A stretch of DNA of 64,000 nt, taken from the human T2T-CHM13v2.0 reference genome, Homo sapiens. How positions within the stretch are numbered: the stretch's first letter is position 1; the number at the start of each line of letters is the position of its first letter. The notes beneath the pieces were generated by a model. It was not told where the DNA came from. It did no database searches and saw nothing but the letters and a program-made list of their open reading frames with translations. Positions 10,171 to 26,059 of the stretch are shown here, one piece after another. The stretch is from NCBI RefSeq assembly GCF_009914755.1, contig NC_060936.1; one strand, given 5' to 3'. The translations under genes were made by a program, and so were the position numbers.

Positions 10171-13100
10171 ATTTTGAGGTTCCAGTTGCAAACATTCAGC
10201 CTGACTTTAATTTCCAGGGTTGACTATTTAAAGCATCAGAAATAGAGTGGTGCTTCTGGCTTCAAAATTGTGGAAACTGGAGCTGACAAGAATTCCAAGA
10301 CTAGGTTTACACTGAAGCAATTTCCTGGTTCATCTAAATCACACAGACCTGGGTTTAGTAAGGCCAAGTGAGTGGAAGCCCCTTCTGAAATCTATGGCAG
10401 GTTTTTCTGTAGCACAAGTCATGCAATAGTGGACAGCATCCATTTCCTCCTCTGGTGACAGCATCCTGAGTTTCCCTTCCTAGCTCTCATTACCCAGTAG
10501 ATGGCCAATTAGCATATTCTATCCTCCAGCTGCAATGATTGGTTCAGCTGTAGGCATGTGTTTAAATTCTATCCAATCAGAGGTTATCGTGGAACATCTG
10601 CTAGAAATGTGGGGAAGAGAAGGCCTCTCTACTGGCCTTAGAGTGTTAAGGGTGGAAAGCTTAGTGATACTGGCCACCATCTTGTTACCAGAAGGGGACA
10701 GTTTGCCCAAACACGCAAGTGATGTGACATCCCTAAGGCTCAGTATTTTTCATCTGTAAAAAGAGGATAATAACTATGTCCCCTCAGTATTGTTGTGAGG
10801 ATGTGAGGAGATAATAAATAAAAAGTACCAGGTAAGTGACCCATAAATGTAAGCTATTGCAATTAATTCGGTGCAACTATTGACCTAGATCAGTATCTGA
10901 TATTTAACTCATAACTAAAAATGAGCCTGTGTGTGTGTGTCTGATGTTTTCCATGTTTACATGGATGTTAATAAACATATCTAAAGCATCCATTAATCTG
11001 GGCTCAAGTCCCAGCATTGACAATTACATATTGTACAGTTTTCGTAGATTAGCAAGCTTTCTGAGCCTCAGTTTCTTTATGTCTGAAATCAGGAAAATTA
11101 CAGGACTCACATAATCTGTTAGAAAAGTAGATGAATGATAACAATATGTGTCAGGTACAGTGCCTGGCACAGAGTGACGGCTCAATAAATGTTCCTAGTT
11201 TTTCCCTCATTTTTTCCCTTGATAATTGTTTAAATCTCAATTTCAAAGAATAGGTAAGTACATATATACTACAGTGTACAACCTCGGAGCCGAGACCTAT
11301 TGAGCAAGACAAATCACCCCAAATTTCTGCTGTGGATAACTCAAGTCTCTGGGACATGGTGGGACATGGTTTTTGGAAAGAGGAAGCTTCTAAATGAGAC
11401 ATCAGCTCATAGTGCATTCCCAAGGAATCATCTACAAAGTGTCAGTGAAAGAAGCTGAGATTGTAAAATGTCTTCAGCAGGTCAAAGCCCAAAAGCAAGG
11501 ATGTGGGTTTAAACACCTGGAGGTAGCTCAGGCACCATTTTATGGCAATGCAGCTGTAGGCTGTCCTGGTCCAGTTTTCCCTCAACCCCCAAAGCTCATA
11601 AAGTAGCCATGCCTCGATGTATGGGAAGAAACAATGAATGAATGTACTTTGACCCATCTGCTATGAGAGCTCAGAAATTTACCAGAAACAACTTACATTC
11701 CAAACAAAGAAGATATTGGTGCAGACCACATGGATCCTGGGGACAACATCCTCTTCTCCCAGGAGTATCAGTCTCCATTCATTTATGTCAAAGCCTGATT
11801 TCCCCTTCCACACCCCTACAAAGGAAATCAAACAGTACAGGGGTACAATATACCAAGAGACCTCTGGAGGGTTATTAAGCAATAACGAAAGACAGTCTTG
11901 CTCAGAGCTATCCTATAGTTTCTCTTCTGCTGGATTATGAAGGGAGTTCAAAGGATGGCCCTAAAGCCAAGGTGACTGGCTAAAGCGTTGACATTGAAAA
12001 AGGGTCTTTCATCTTTGTGTCTACATTCTGGTTGAAAGTCATTATCATCTCTTTGGAGCTGAGTGATTGCAGTGTTGAGCTGGTGGTCACTCATCCCAGC
12101 TGCAGCTCAGTTTCCACTTCTCAGTAGCCCTGGGCAGAGTTGCCCGAAAGGATTCATTCACATGACTGCTCAAGCATTCAGTGAATATTTGTTTAGAATC
12201 CAGTATTGCAACACTTCCTGGCCCATCCACTGTCTAATGTCTCATTTCATCAACAAGGAGAAAAAGGAATGGTGAAGTTTTTAGTAAGCTCTGGTGTGAT
12301 GTAAAAACAACCTAATTCCTCCTGGTCTTTTGGGACTTTGGGGAGCATAGGGGGTAGGGAAGGGATCCCCAATGCAAAAGCACATATTGAATCAAGCTTT
12401 GTAAATAGATCCCCCTGTGCAGGGTATTTTTTTGTCATGGTTTCAAGCATAGACAGGTAGATATGGATGACCGCAGTTAAGTTATTAAAACACTCTAATC
12501 CTCAGTTTCCTCTTCTGTAAAAGGGCCACAATACTACCTACCTTTTAGAATTGTTGAGAGGATGAAAAAGATTCTTATATAAAACATGTAATGTACCCCA
12601 AACAGAAGGTTACCAAATCTAGTAGAATTGCTCTTCTCTTTTCATGTGCTCAATGTGTAGAACTAAGAAAATTTAACCCAGCGAAATAGTCTTTCAGCCT
12701 TTTAAGAGGGAAAAAGCCAATTCTGGTTAGGTTGTTTCTCAGCTTTCCTAACTGTATCTGAAAAAGTGAAGCTGTGAACACCCACGACGTAAGGATATTA
12801 CAAAGATTGGGGGTTACATTTGCAAAAAGTCTGGCACAGTGGAGAAACACAATAACCTGACGTCAGGTATAACTGCCATCATAAGTGACAAGTCAGATCA
12901 AGGAGCCCGTGGGACTGAATTTGCCAAGGTTTAGTTCACTGCTATTCTCTTAACACTCACTTCTCAGCTCAAATATGAGTACTTAGTTAATGTGCCACTG
13001 GTCTACCGCTAAGAGCATCTTTTCCACCCTGTTTCTCTGGACCAGCTGAAAGAAATTTATCAGATGTAGATTTGAGCTATACTTGGAATTAACTGAATGC

Positions 13101-14930
13101 TCCAAGTTTATCTAATTCTAAAATCAACCTCCAGGATTACCAAGTAGGGGCTTGTGATTTAAATAAACATTGACTGTCTACTACCTGCTCAAAAACTATT
13201 CCTGGGGCTGAAGTTACAACAGTCACCAAAACAGACAAATATTTCTGCCCTCAAGAAGCTCATATTCTAATGTCATACCAATTACCAATGCATAAGAGGC
13301 CTACACAACTGGATATCAACTGCATCATGCTTTCTCTCAAGTGTCATTCTGGAAAGAACCATGCATAAAGATCTTTGCAATGGAAAGGGTAGAATTTACC
13401 CATATTGAGAAACAGATAGAGATACATATAGGTCTATATAAATACATAGCTTGAGATACAGAAAATGATCTGAGTACTGGCCCTGTGTCAGGCATTGTAC
13501 TAAATGCTTGACTTAATTTTAATTCAAATTTAGTCCTCACAACCAGCTCCGAAATAGGCAGTCTTCTTGTATCCTGTTTACGCATGAGAACACTTGAGGC
13601 GCAGAATAAAAGTAATTTGATTTAATAAAGAGTTGCTCCAGAACTCCAACTACAATTAGTGTAAATAAGTGCAGCTTGTGAGTAAAAGCTGGGTTACTGG
13701 AATGGATTAGAGGGCATGAAATAAATTCAGACCAGCTAGAATATGGGACAGTGGAAATGGTTTGCCTGTGCATGGTGAGATGAAGGAAACCAGGGGCCTT
13801 TATGTTTTTGCAGGAAGGCTACCTTCCTGAACAAATCTTGAAAAAGTGACCCCAAGAAAGAAGACTTATGGAGACACACGTTGCTGAAGATGACTTAAAA
13901 CGGACTGTGGTTTGAAGGTAGGTCTGAAGAGTCACATGACTTTGAAAACCCAGCACCCATAAAGGCTTGGCCAATAAGCCTCATGAAACTATGAGCCAGT
14001 AGACACAGGAAGCTAAAAAGACTTTTTCCAAAGACCACTTCTGTGGAGTTCATGGAAGGCAAAGTCTTAGAGCAATCTCATATTAAGTGTCTAGTGAAAA
14101 AGCTGTCACCTTCCAAAGGATTAAATGTTATACCTGCAAAAATGCATGCAGAAACATTAGACAAACTCAAATAGAGGGATGTTTTCCAAAACAACTGGTC
14201 TGTACTCTTCAAACATGTCAAGATCAAGAAAGACAAAGAAAAACACAGAAACACTTCCAAATTATAGAACAACATATCAAGTAAATATAATGCATGATTC
14301 TGGATTGGTGGGAGTGGCATAGCCACACTAGCCATTATTGAGACAATTGATGGAAATGAAACGTAAACTGTGGATTTGATAATAGCGTTGAATTTTCTGA
14401 TTTCAGTTATTGTGCTGTGATTATGTAAGATAAAATCCTTGTTTTTAGCAAATGCTCTCTGTTGTGTTTAAAGAGGCACAATGTCTCTAACTTGCTCAGA
14501 TGGTTCATTAATAATTATTTATACAGGGGGAGAGAAAAAGAGAGACTACTGTCTGGAATGATTCTGTCTGGTGAGGAATTCAACAGAGAAAAAAGCAGAA
14601 CCAAAAGATGAAGAGACATTGTTGGGGGTCCTTTGATCTAAATATACCTGAAGCTGACATGTCCATAAGCTTCCACATTTCATAAGCCAATAATTTCTCC
14701 CTTTAGAATTTTATTTTTGCATAAACCAGTGTGAGTTGTGTTTCTATGAGTTGAGTGAAGTCAGCTGAGAATCCATGAGTCCCGCTGATTATTGCGATGT
14801 AATATATGATCACCACATTGCAGGCACTGTGCTAGGCAACAGGTGGAAAAAGATGAATAAGACCCCCTCATCTTAATGGTCTCACAATGCTCCAATAAGG
14901 AGATGAACGTACAAGCAAATTATTACAACA

Positions 14931-15750
<820 letters not shown>

Positions 15751-16109
15751 TAAACCATCACGCATCACTTTATGTGAAAAATGGTAAGTAACACCACATG
15801 CCTCACCATGCCAACTGCATGCATAGCTCATTGGGAATAAAGTATATAGAAATGGGTATATAACAATAATTATAAAATGTTTTTGAAATTCACAAAACCT
15901 TATAAAAAATCTAGTTGGTAGTTGGATGAAAGATGTGAAGGGGTATGAGGTAGTGAGGTGGGAAAGTTAATGACAATTTCCAAGAGAGAGAAGCTGAAAA
16001 CAGATTCTGAGATGAACGTTTTCTCAAGCCTGATAAGCCATTTGAAGCATCAGACAACAATAACTGCATCTTGAAGCATGAATCTGGGTCAGAAGCTCTG
16101 CAGAATTCA

Positions 16110-16961
<852 letters not shown>

Positions 16962-17356
16962 TTATATTTTCTTTCCACCTAAAATGAAATTGCAGGCTTA
17001 AATTTCATTTGGTAAAATATAAAACTTCTGGATCAGAAGTTTTATTTTTCAACAAAAAAAAAATGGCTGCATTTCACAGAATCCTAGAATTCTTACCTAA
17101 AAATTAAACTGGGCCAGAATCACTGGGGATTAGTCACTCTTCCCACGTGATAACCACATTTCTTAGATGACAACATTGCTGTGAATTTGCCAAGAAGGCA
17201 GTAAGGAGGCCCTGCTTCAATGCAGGATCCACTATTTTGTGGTTTGTGCCATCATCTGAAACTTAGATCTGAGTAGAGTCTGAGCCCACGTCTGCATATG
17301 GCTAACCACCAAGGGTGTAAACAAGAGGCTCTCCGGATATACACTCTATATGCATG

Positions 17357-17745
17357 GTATGAGTTTGCTAGGACTGCCGTAACTAAATACCACAGACTGG
17401 GTAGATTAAACAATAGAAACATATTTTCTCATGATTCTGGAGACTGGAAGTCCAAGAGCAAGGTGTTGGTGGGGTTGATTAAGTACTGAGGTCTCCTTCC
17501 TTGGCATGCAGATGGCTGCTTTTCCCCTATCTTTACTTTGTCTTGCCTCTGTCTGCATTTTTGTGTCCTGATCGCCTCTTCTTAAAAGGACACCAGTCAT
17601 ATGGACGAGGGCCCACCCTAATGACCTCATTTTATTTTCATTATCTCTTTAAAGGCATTGCCTCTAATTACAGCCACATTCTGAGGTACTAGGGATTAGA
17701 ACTTGAGAACACGAATTTTGGAGGGACACGATGCACCCAATAGCA
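17357..17745 (-). mobile_element. MLT1A-D type LTR
   Basis: TAACTAAATACCACAGACTGGGT...TTCTGGAGACTGGAAGTCCAAG...CACATTCTGAGGTACTAGG. Confidence 0.8.
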
Positions 17746-18507
17746 TAGGTGCCAGGCACAGACACTTTACATGCTTGAGCTTATGCAACGCTCAAAACAA
17801 CCCCATGAAGATGGCAGTATCATCCCCATTTTACTGGTGGGTAAACTGAGGCTCAAAGGGGTTAAGTAACTTGAATGTAGTTATACAGCTGCTAAATATT
17901 AGTGCTGAAACTTGAGTCTGACTGACACCAAAGCCTACACTCTTAACCATCACCCTAAAGTGTCCCACACCCTTGGCCATCCACAAGATGATTTTAAGTG
18001 TGTGACCAGATGAACTTTAGGAGAAATGTTAATATGTATCTCTTTATTGTAATGTATGCTATTTAAAAAGAGGAACCCAACAAACCCATAATGGTTTCAG
18101 ATGAAGCCGAAATAGACATTTAGCTTTAGAAAAGTAAATAAAAGAGAAAATAGAATAGACGGTGCTTGAATATGGCAAAAGTCATTAAGTGAATTTAACA
18201 GTAACTAAATTCAGAAAACAGTGATTTCTGTATCATACGACCACATTACAAAGTCATCAGTTTGCCGTTTGTCAGCTCAACACCCAGACTCATCTCTTTC
18301 AACGGTATTTAACCTCTAACTAAAGACGATCACGAAGCCGTACTTCTGCCTAACATGATACAACTGTCCCACATACAACTGAAACTGTGCTGACCCTTTC
18401 CCCACAAGAGAAAATAAACTGCCTTTGTCTTTGAGTAGTGCCTATTCTTCTTCTAGCTGATTTAAACTATTATAAAACATCTATTTCATCATGCACCTTG
18501 CCTTCTC

Positions 18508-18586
18508 TGTGTGTGTGTATGTGTATACGTCTGTGTGTGTGTGTGTGTGTGTGTGTGATACGTCTGTGTGTGTGTGTGTGTTTGTG
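18508..18586. repeat. Compound (TG)n microsatellite
   Basis: TG runs punctuated twice by ATACGTC. Confidence 0.95.
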
Positions 18587-20173
18587 TTTCTGTCCTTCTC
18601 TCTTTTCGGCCCTTTTATTCCTATACCCCTAGCCTTTGGAAAAATAAGCCAGCCATTACACCATTAGGACTTGGCTGAAAGAACAGGTTGGAACCACTGG
18701 TTAAGTTTTCCTTCTAATTTCTTCCCTTCCTCCTGGATGTGCTGCATTCTCTCCCTGCCGCCAACAGCAGCCAGCATCTTTCATCAGTTATTCACCATGG
18801 ATGCTGGGGCTTTATTAGCAAATGAAAATGGCCCAACTCCAGCTGACATCAATGGGGTCTCAGCTAGGAACAGGACCAGAGCATTTCCTGTGGCCCCAGA
18901 CTCAGACAAACCAGTTTGAAGAGGAGCCAATTGGCTTTACCCAAGCTACCAGTGAGCTATTTTTGACATAAAAGATGCTGAATTTAGCTGATAACTGATT
19001 AAAGAAATTTTAAACACAGCTAGTTTGGGTTTTAATATCTTGGCAGTCGTGGCAGATAGACAAAGGAAAGATACCAAATTTGTTCAGGCAAGTTATTTTT
19101 GAAAACAATTAATCAAATCCCATCAAGAAACCAATTGCTTGCAAAACAACTGTTTGATTGAGTTGCATCTGTGTATTTTCCTCTCTCTCCCATCTTTCTA
19201 CTACCTAAATCAGTTTATGTAGGAAAACAAAGCCTTAATATTTTCATGAACCTGAAGTTGGCACAGCAATGAGAAAAATTCCATGAACACACCAATATGG
19301 TATGTTCCTTTCCTCTTCTAAGACAAACCAATTTCAAAAGTTAAGATAAAATTTTCTGAAATGTTTTGAGTATGTATGCAATAGTAAAATACTTTCTGGT
19401 ATCCAGCCAGAAAGTAATATCTTTAAATCCACTTCAGATCTTTGATTTTCCATAGTTCGAAAAAAAAAGGGGGGACTCACCCAGTTCTTTCATCTGTTTC
19501 TTTATAACAACCTTATCTTGCAAGGCAAGAAAGTATCATTGTTTTTCCTTAAGACCCGGAGAACAAGACACCCAGAAAGTCCGAGGGACCTGCCCAGGCT
19601 CCACAGTCATCAATTAGTCCAGAATGGTTCAGTTGTGTAGTTTAAGTCTTGGCTTCATATTCCCTCCTCTGGGTTGTTTGGTATGGTTTGATATAAAATT
19701 TTATCGAAATTCCTTTTGCTTATTTTCAAGCCTATAAAAATGAGACAGCAACTAAGAAGAACTGTCCAGTTCAGTCCTAACGATCATTTTTGAACTTTGA
19801 AATACTTATCCTTAATTAGAGTCTGGTCAGCGCTATCACAGTATAATGCAACAGTAATATTCTTATGAGGATGTATAATAGCTACTCATTATTGCAGGTT
19901 TGCCACATACAGCTTTTTAAATCTCTGCCTCAACCTTTAAGAGCCAGCCCTCATGTTCCCATTTTACAAAGAAAGAAACTGAGGTTCAGTAAAGTGAAGG
20001 CTGCCCCAAACCACACATGCAGATGTTGACATTGAAAATATTTAGCAAAGTTAGCAGTGTGCATACTCAAAGTCCCAGCAATTCTACTCAAAATAAACCT
20101 TTCACATATAAAAATAAATGGCGTATGTGAAGAAGCAGATACAAAGATGTTTGCTGTATTGTCTGTAATGGTT

Positions 20174-20488
<315 letters not shown>

Positions 20489-22359
20489 ATCTGTAATGGT
20501 TATGAAAAAAATATAAAAATCCATCAGCTGAGAAAGTGACCTTGGGCTAATTACTTAACTGTATGTTTCTTATCTGGAAAATGAGGATAGCAATAGCAAC
20601 TATTTCACAGGTGTGAGGATTAGGTGAGTTCATTACATAAAATGGTTAGAACAGTACTTGGCACATAGAAAGTATTATGCAAGTATTAGCTGCAATTATT
20701 ATTCAATCATAGGTTATTATGTTGCAATTAAAATAAATGAAATATGTTTATATAATATAATATTAATATTTACAACTATATATTATCCACCAACATGTAT
20801 TAAACTCAGAAGTATAATATTGAATAAAAAAGCAAATTGTAGACCTGTATATATAAGATTTATGCAAATTAAAAAACACAAGCCAAAAGTTTGCATTGCT
20901 AAGAGACAAGTGTATATTTTATAAACGTATAAGAAATTAGACTGCAAGTAATTTATCAAAATTATGACAGTGGTTTTCTCTAAGAAGAGGAAGAGGAAGG
21001 GGGACAAAATTATAAAAGGAAAAAGCACTTGAACTTTATAGTATTTTGCTTCTGTTATTAAAAAAAAAAGATTTGAAGTGAATATGACCACTTGTTAATA
21101 TGTGTTTTTTCTAGATGTGAGTACATAGGTATTTGACATATTAATCTATGTACTTTTCTGTATTTAAACAGCTTTTTAAGTATAAAGAAAAAACCCACAA
21201 AGTTTTTGTTTATGTTGCTATGAGAAGCTCACACTCAACAGATTTGAGATCTTGCTATCCTTCTGTTTTTTTGGCTTCATTCCTGGCAGGGAGAAGGGGT
21301 AGATTGTACTTGCGAATGACCAAAAAAATAAAAAAAAACCGCATCATTTACTATCCAACTGTGCAATGATCTTTGCAAAGAACTATGAAGTCATTTTCAA
21401 AACCCATCTGCAGGGAAGAGGCCAGCATTTGTCTTTGTACCTATAAAGTACAGAGACCTTCACCCACGCCCTGAGCATCAGAGACCACTCTATCACCAAG
21501 GGGACCAGAAAAGAATGCAGGGGAAATATCATATTCTAGGGTCCCCCAATATTTTACACAAAGTGAGGATTCAACTTAAATAAATGATATGTGAACACAC
21601 TTCTTAAAGAGAATAAAGTTTTATCCAGACAAATTCATTTTAAAAGTTGATGTAGTTTGTGCATAACCTTAAATTTGTAAATGCCACCCTGCTTTTTAAT
21701 ATGACCACAAACATTTTCAAGTTTAATGCAAATTTTATGTCTTATTGAGGTCTATTCATATACAATGTGGCCAGATTCTGGGTTCAGGCATTTGCCTCAA
21801 CTGCCTATGTAACCACATATACAGGCGTATGCATACACACACACACACACCCCAGAGTAGTAACAGAAATGCTAGTTCTATTTTGTACAGAACCACCAAA
21901 TACAACATTTTTCTATTTGGAAGAAGCCAGTATTAGAAAATTTTAACATCTTTCTCCTTTTTAGACATTGGAAGTTATAAGATACTTTCACTGATGGTAG
22001 AATCTTAATTCTTCACTTATTTTCCTAGTTATGGTCTAAGATACTGTCACCTACACTGCATCAGGAAGAAATTTGGTGGGGAAGAATGCACAGTCACACA
22101 CACAGAATAGAACACAACTATGTATTAAGATAATAAAGTACTAATTATCTTAGCTCCTCTCATAAATAAAGGAGTGTTTGTGCTAGGCACAACTCTAGAT
22201 GCTTTACATTGCTTTGTCACATTTAATCTGCATAGGAAACCTTTCAGGCGGGTATTGGTATCATCCCCTTTTTCAGATGAGAAAACCAAAGCATGGCCTT
22301 TGAGGAACCAGGCCAAGTACATAGACCTAAAAAGTCATGGACCAGTGTGTGGATCCAGG

Positions 22360-22501
22360 CTCTTACACACTAGGCCATGGCTATATGTTGGGTCTAAAAG
22401 GTAATGATTCAAATAAGAAAAAAATCAATCCTCTTACACACTAGGCCATGGCTATATGTTGGGTCTAAAAGGTAATGATTCAAATAAGAAAAAAATCAAT
22501 C
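22360..22501. repeat. Perfect 71-bp tandem duplication
   Basis: 22360-22430 is identical to 22431-22501. Confidence 0.97.
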
Positions 22502-23909
22502 ATGCTTAGATTATATCCAGAAAATATACAAGAAAGAGGTCACAGTTGGATGGCCTCAGAAAAGCAAACTAGAGGACTGGGGAAAGGAGCTGAGATAGAA
22601 ATGTATTTTCACTGTATAACTTCTAAAAAATAGAAATCGAATTTGATTTTTGTAATAATTTGAATTAAATTTTTATAATATGCAAGTATGTATGAAACTG
22701 ACACACATTTTGCTACCTTGGCTGTGCAGTGCCTTGGACATCCTAAGTGTTCCAGAGCTATTTGCTGACTTGGCCACGAGTTAGTTCCATGTGCCAAAAA
22801 ATATGATTCCTGGTATCTTTCTGGGGCCTTGCTGTGGTAGCAGAGGAATGCATTTGAAGTTTGGAGGCCTCACCTGCAGAAGCCCAATCCTCAGATAAGA
22901 GGAAATTTGGTTAACAGCCCCAGCTCCTACGTTTAAGGGCTCCCCGCAGGAATCTTGGCCCCACATCCGGATCTTAACCGAGAATTTTTCCAAAGCCAAA
23001 TTCTCACACCCCATTACCTTTCAGGGCTTAGTGCTGGCTCCAAGAATGAAGACCTGCTAGGATTTATGGGAACTGCTGGAGAAAGAAACAGGACTTGTGA
23101 GTCCATGGGTGGGTTTCCTATGAACAGCCGAGGGACTGACTGATTTCTGTCTCCATCAAGTCTACCTTTCCATGCCGTCTGCCACCATGTAGTTCAGCAA
23201 ATTGTCTTTGAATTTGCATTAGAACCAGTTGGCCTGCTTTGGTCTGGACTTAGCTGTTCTCCTTCCAGTATTTTATTTTCATTTATTCAATTGTGAGTGG
23301 TGGGAGATGGGGTGGAAATTAAGGGATGGGGGAGTGGCTGGAAGTCTTAGGAGAATAAATGGAGAAAAGAAAGAGGATATGGAAGTAGAGGTCAGTTAGA
23401 TTGTAATCATTTGCTTTCGGAAACAGACTATCTGGGTTGGAAAGCATCTTATCAGGTATGTGAGCTTGGGCAGGAGATTTGTTGCTAAGAGCCTCAGTTT
23501 ATACACCTGTAAAATAGGACTAAGAATGCCTCTCTTGCAGAGCTGATGTGAGAATGAAGTGAGGTATTTTTAAGGCAGTTGCCACAACTTCTACATGGGG
23601 TGAGTGTTCATCAGGTGGAGACTACTATTCTGAAAGGGAGAGGAGAATGAGAGAAAGCAATAAGAAGGCTGCAGAGAAAAAGAAAAGACCATGAGGACAG
23701 CAACCATTTTCTATTATTTTTTTCAATTCATTTAAAAATTATGTATAGCATAAGTAGGACATGTGAAAGGCAAAGAAAAAAACCTGAAAACGTATAAAAC
23801 AGTATACAGTGCAAAGCAGATTTTCCTTCTTCAGTTATTTAGTTGGCTCTGCCTGGAGGTAACCACGGTGACAGGGTGGCAGTGTCTTTTATGCCCCTCT
23901 GGGGAATCA

Positions 23910-23911
<2 letters not shown>

Positions 23912-23955
<44 letters not shown>
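23912..23955. repeat. (AC)22 microsatellite
   Basis: Uninterrupted AC run. Confidence 0.97.
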
Positions 23956-23957
<2 letters not shown>

Positions 23958-23959
23958 TT

Positions 23960-24380
23960 GCTTGCTATACAAACCATTCTGCCTGTTGCTTTTAGTTTCA
24001 TTGTCCTTTGCTTATATCCTAGAGATGCTTTCATATTTGTACATACAGAAAGCCCTTGATCTGTTCTATAGCTGCATAATATGTCACTGCCCCTCTTATT
24101 ATAATCAGTTTAACCAGCTCCCCATTTATGCCCACCAAGTCATTTTCAAACTTTGGCAGTGCTGCATTGAACATCCTCATACAAATGCCATTTTGCAAAT
24201 GCAGGACTACATCTGTAGGATAAACACCTAGGACAAAAATTGCTATGTCAAAAGGTTGTGCTGTCATCATTTTGATGGCACACCAAATTGCCACCCCCCA
24301 CAGGAGTTGTAAGTGCCCATGTTGGAGTGCTTATTACCCACACCCTCAACAACACGATATGCTAATTGAATATGTTTCAT
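23960..24380 (-). mobile_element. Old L1M fragment
   Basis: The minus-strand ORF resembles the ORF2 C-terminus (PFDIAIFVLGVYP...CMRMFNAAL). Confidence 0.6.
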
Positions 24381-25539
24381 CTACACCAACCTTACTGGAT
24401 TCCAAGCTTTAAAAGGGCCAGGCAATCAATGGCTAGGAGAAGGGCTCAGCAGCTTGCTGCTTGGGTCATTCCAGAAAGCCAGACTTAAAGGGCATGCACT
24501 TATGAAAATGAACTGTGATGGAGCCAGGATTTCTTTCCTGAAGTCGCTCCCTTGATCTCCACACAGGAGCGCCTGTTTCTCCAGTCTCTAGCACAGGTCC
24601 CCAGCATGGGCCCCTAGGAAGCCTCTTCCCTTCCCTCCATGAGGATAGGATCACCCTGGTATTGCCACTGGCTCAGGTATGTCAACATATTCTCCCTGTC
24701 TGGTCTGAATTGCAGGCTGAGCTTAAGGCCTGGAAGGAAGTGACCTCTTATTAATAAGGAGGCTTTGGAAAGGTGGATAGGGGTGGAGGCTACTCCTGGG
24801 GGCAGAGTGGTCAGATGTTAATATTCTCATCACTTGGGAAAAGGAGCAGGAGTGTAGAATTCCTGCACTCTTTGTCAAACCAAAGAAGTGAAATGGTTGG
24901 AAGATGAATGTTGTTGGCTCTGAACAGCATATTATGGAACATGAACCTTTTCATTCAGGTGTATTTATGGGTTTATATTTACCCAATAAATATAACAATG
25001 GATGAACAGCTGTTGAGAAGGGGAGACCTGGGCTCCTAGGGAGGAAAAATAGAGATCTGTCATCCAGGAAGGGAGCTAGGTGGTCTCAAAAGGATTTTTA
25101 TCATGGGTGGTTTATTTGTCTTCTTGAAATTCGTGCTAAATCTTAGCAAGATTTTCTCAGGAGCTCCTAGAACAAAGATGGAAATCAAATGGACAGCTGA
25201 TATGCGCAGACCCTGGTATGCTCACGTGCATGATAACGCACCGGTGTCCTGCTGATAACTGGATAGCTCACCCCTTCCAAATGGACAATCTCGTTGGCCA
25301 TGGAAAGTTTGAGTTCTTACTAATCTTTCAGCCCCTCACCTCTCCAATGTATCCAGCCCTGGAGAGGCTAGTGTTAACTGAATGCAGCACTTCTTGATGC
25401 TGCTATCGAAATGTTCTCCTCCCCTTTCTAATTCTCTCCAGGCCAGTGCGACCTGTTTTTAGTTAAATTTGCCATAATCAAGGAAGTTTAAGTTCAATTG
25501 CACCACATTCTGGGCCAAGACATGAAGAATTAATCATAG

Positions 25540-25945
25540 AATGGGAAAAGAAAGAGAAAAAAAAAAAAGAAAAAGAAAAGGAGGAAATAGATGGGGGATT
25601 GCGAAATAGAGTGAACAAAGAGAAAAAAAAAGACACCAGAAAGGAGGGACTTTGAAACATTGCAAATGTGGGGAGAACAACAAGAAAATTGGGCATGAAG
25701 TGAGAAAGGATGAGGCAAGGAGAAAAGGGGGAAGAAGACCAAAAAAAAGAAAAGAACTTAGAAAGAAAGTTGTGAGGGAGGGATGGAGGGAGGGAGAAAG
25801 GGCGGAGGAGGGAAGAAGGGAAAGGAAACCGAGGAAAGAAAAAAATGAAAAAGGGGGAAAGAGGACGTAACAAGAAAGACTATGGAGGGAAAAGAAGAAA
25901 ACAAATGAGACCCAGAAAACGCTAAATAATGAAAAATGAAGTAAG
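25540..25945. repeat. Purine-rich (GA/A-rich) low-complexity tract
   Basis: Strong A/G bias directly before the CpG-rich block. Confidence 0.85.
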
Positions 25946-26059
25946 ACAGCTTTCTGAACTGTAAGGCTTCCGAAATTCTTTCCAAGGAACCTCTGCGACG
26001 CACTTTTGTGGCAGCACATACATCCTAACCTCTTAAACTAGCTTTAGCTCTTGGCTAGG

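Noticed and set aside
20609-20616. AGGTGTGA T-box consensus; similar TCACACCT hits inside Alus
   Set aside because: Single hits inside MIR or Alu sequence arise by common CpG decay or chance.
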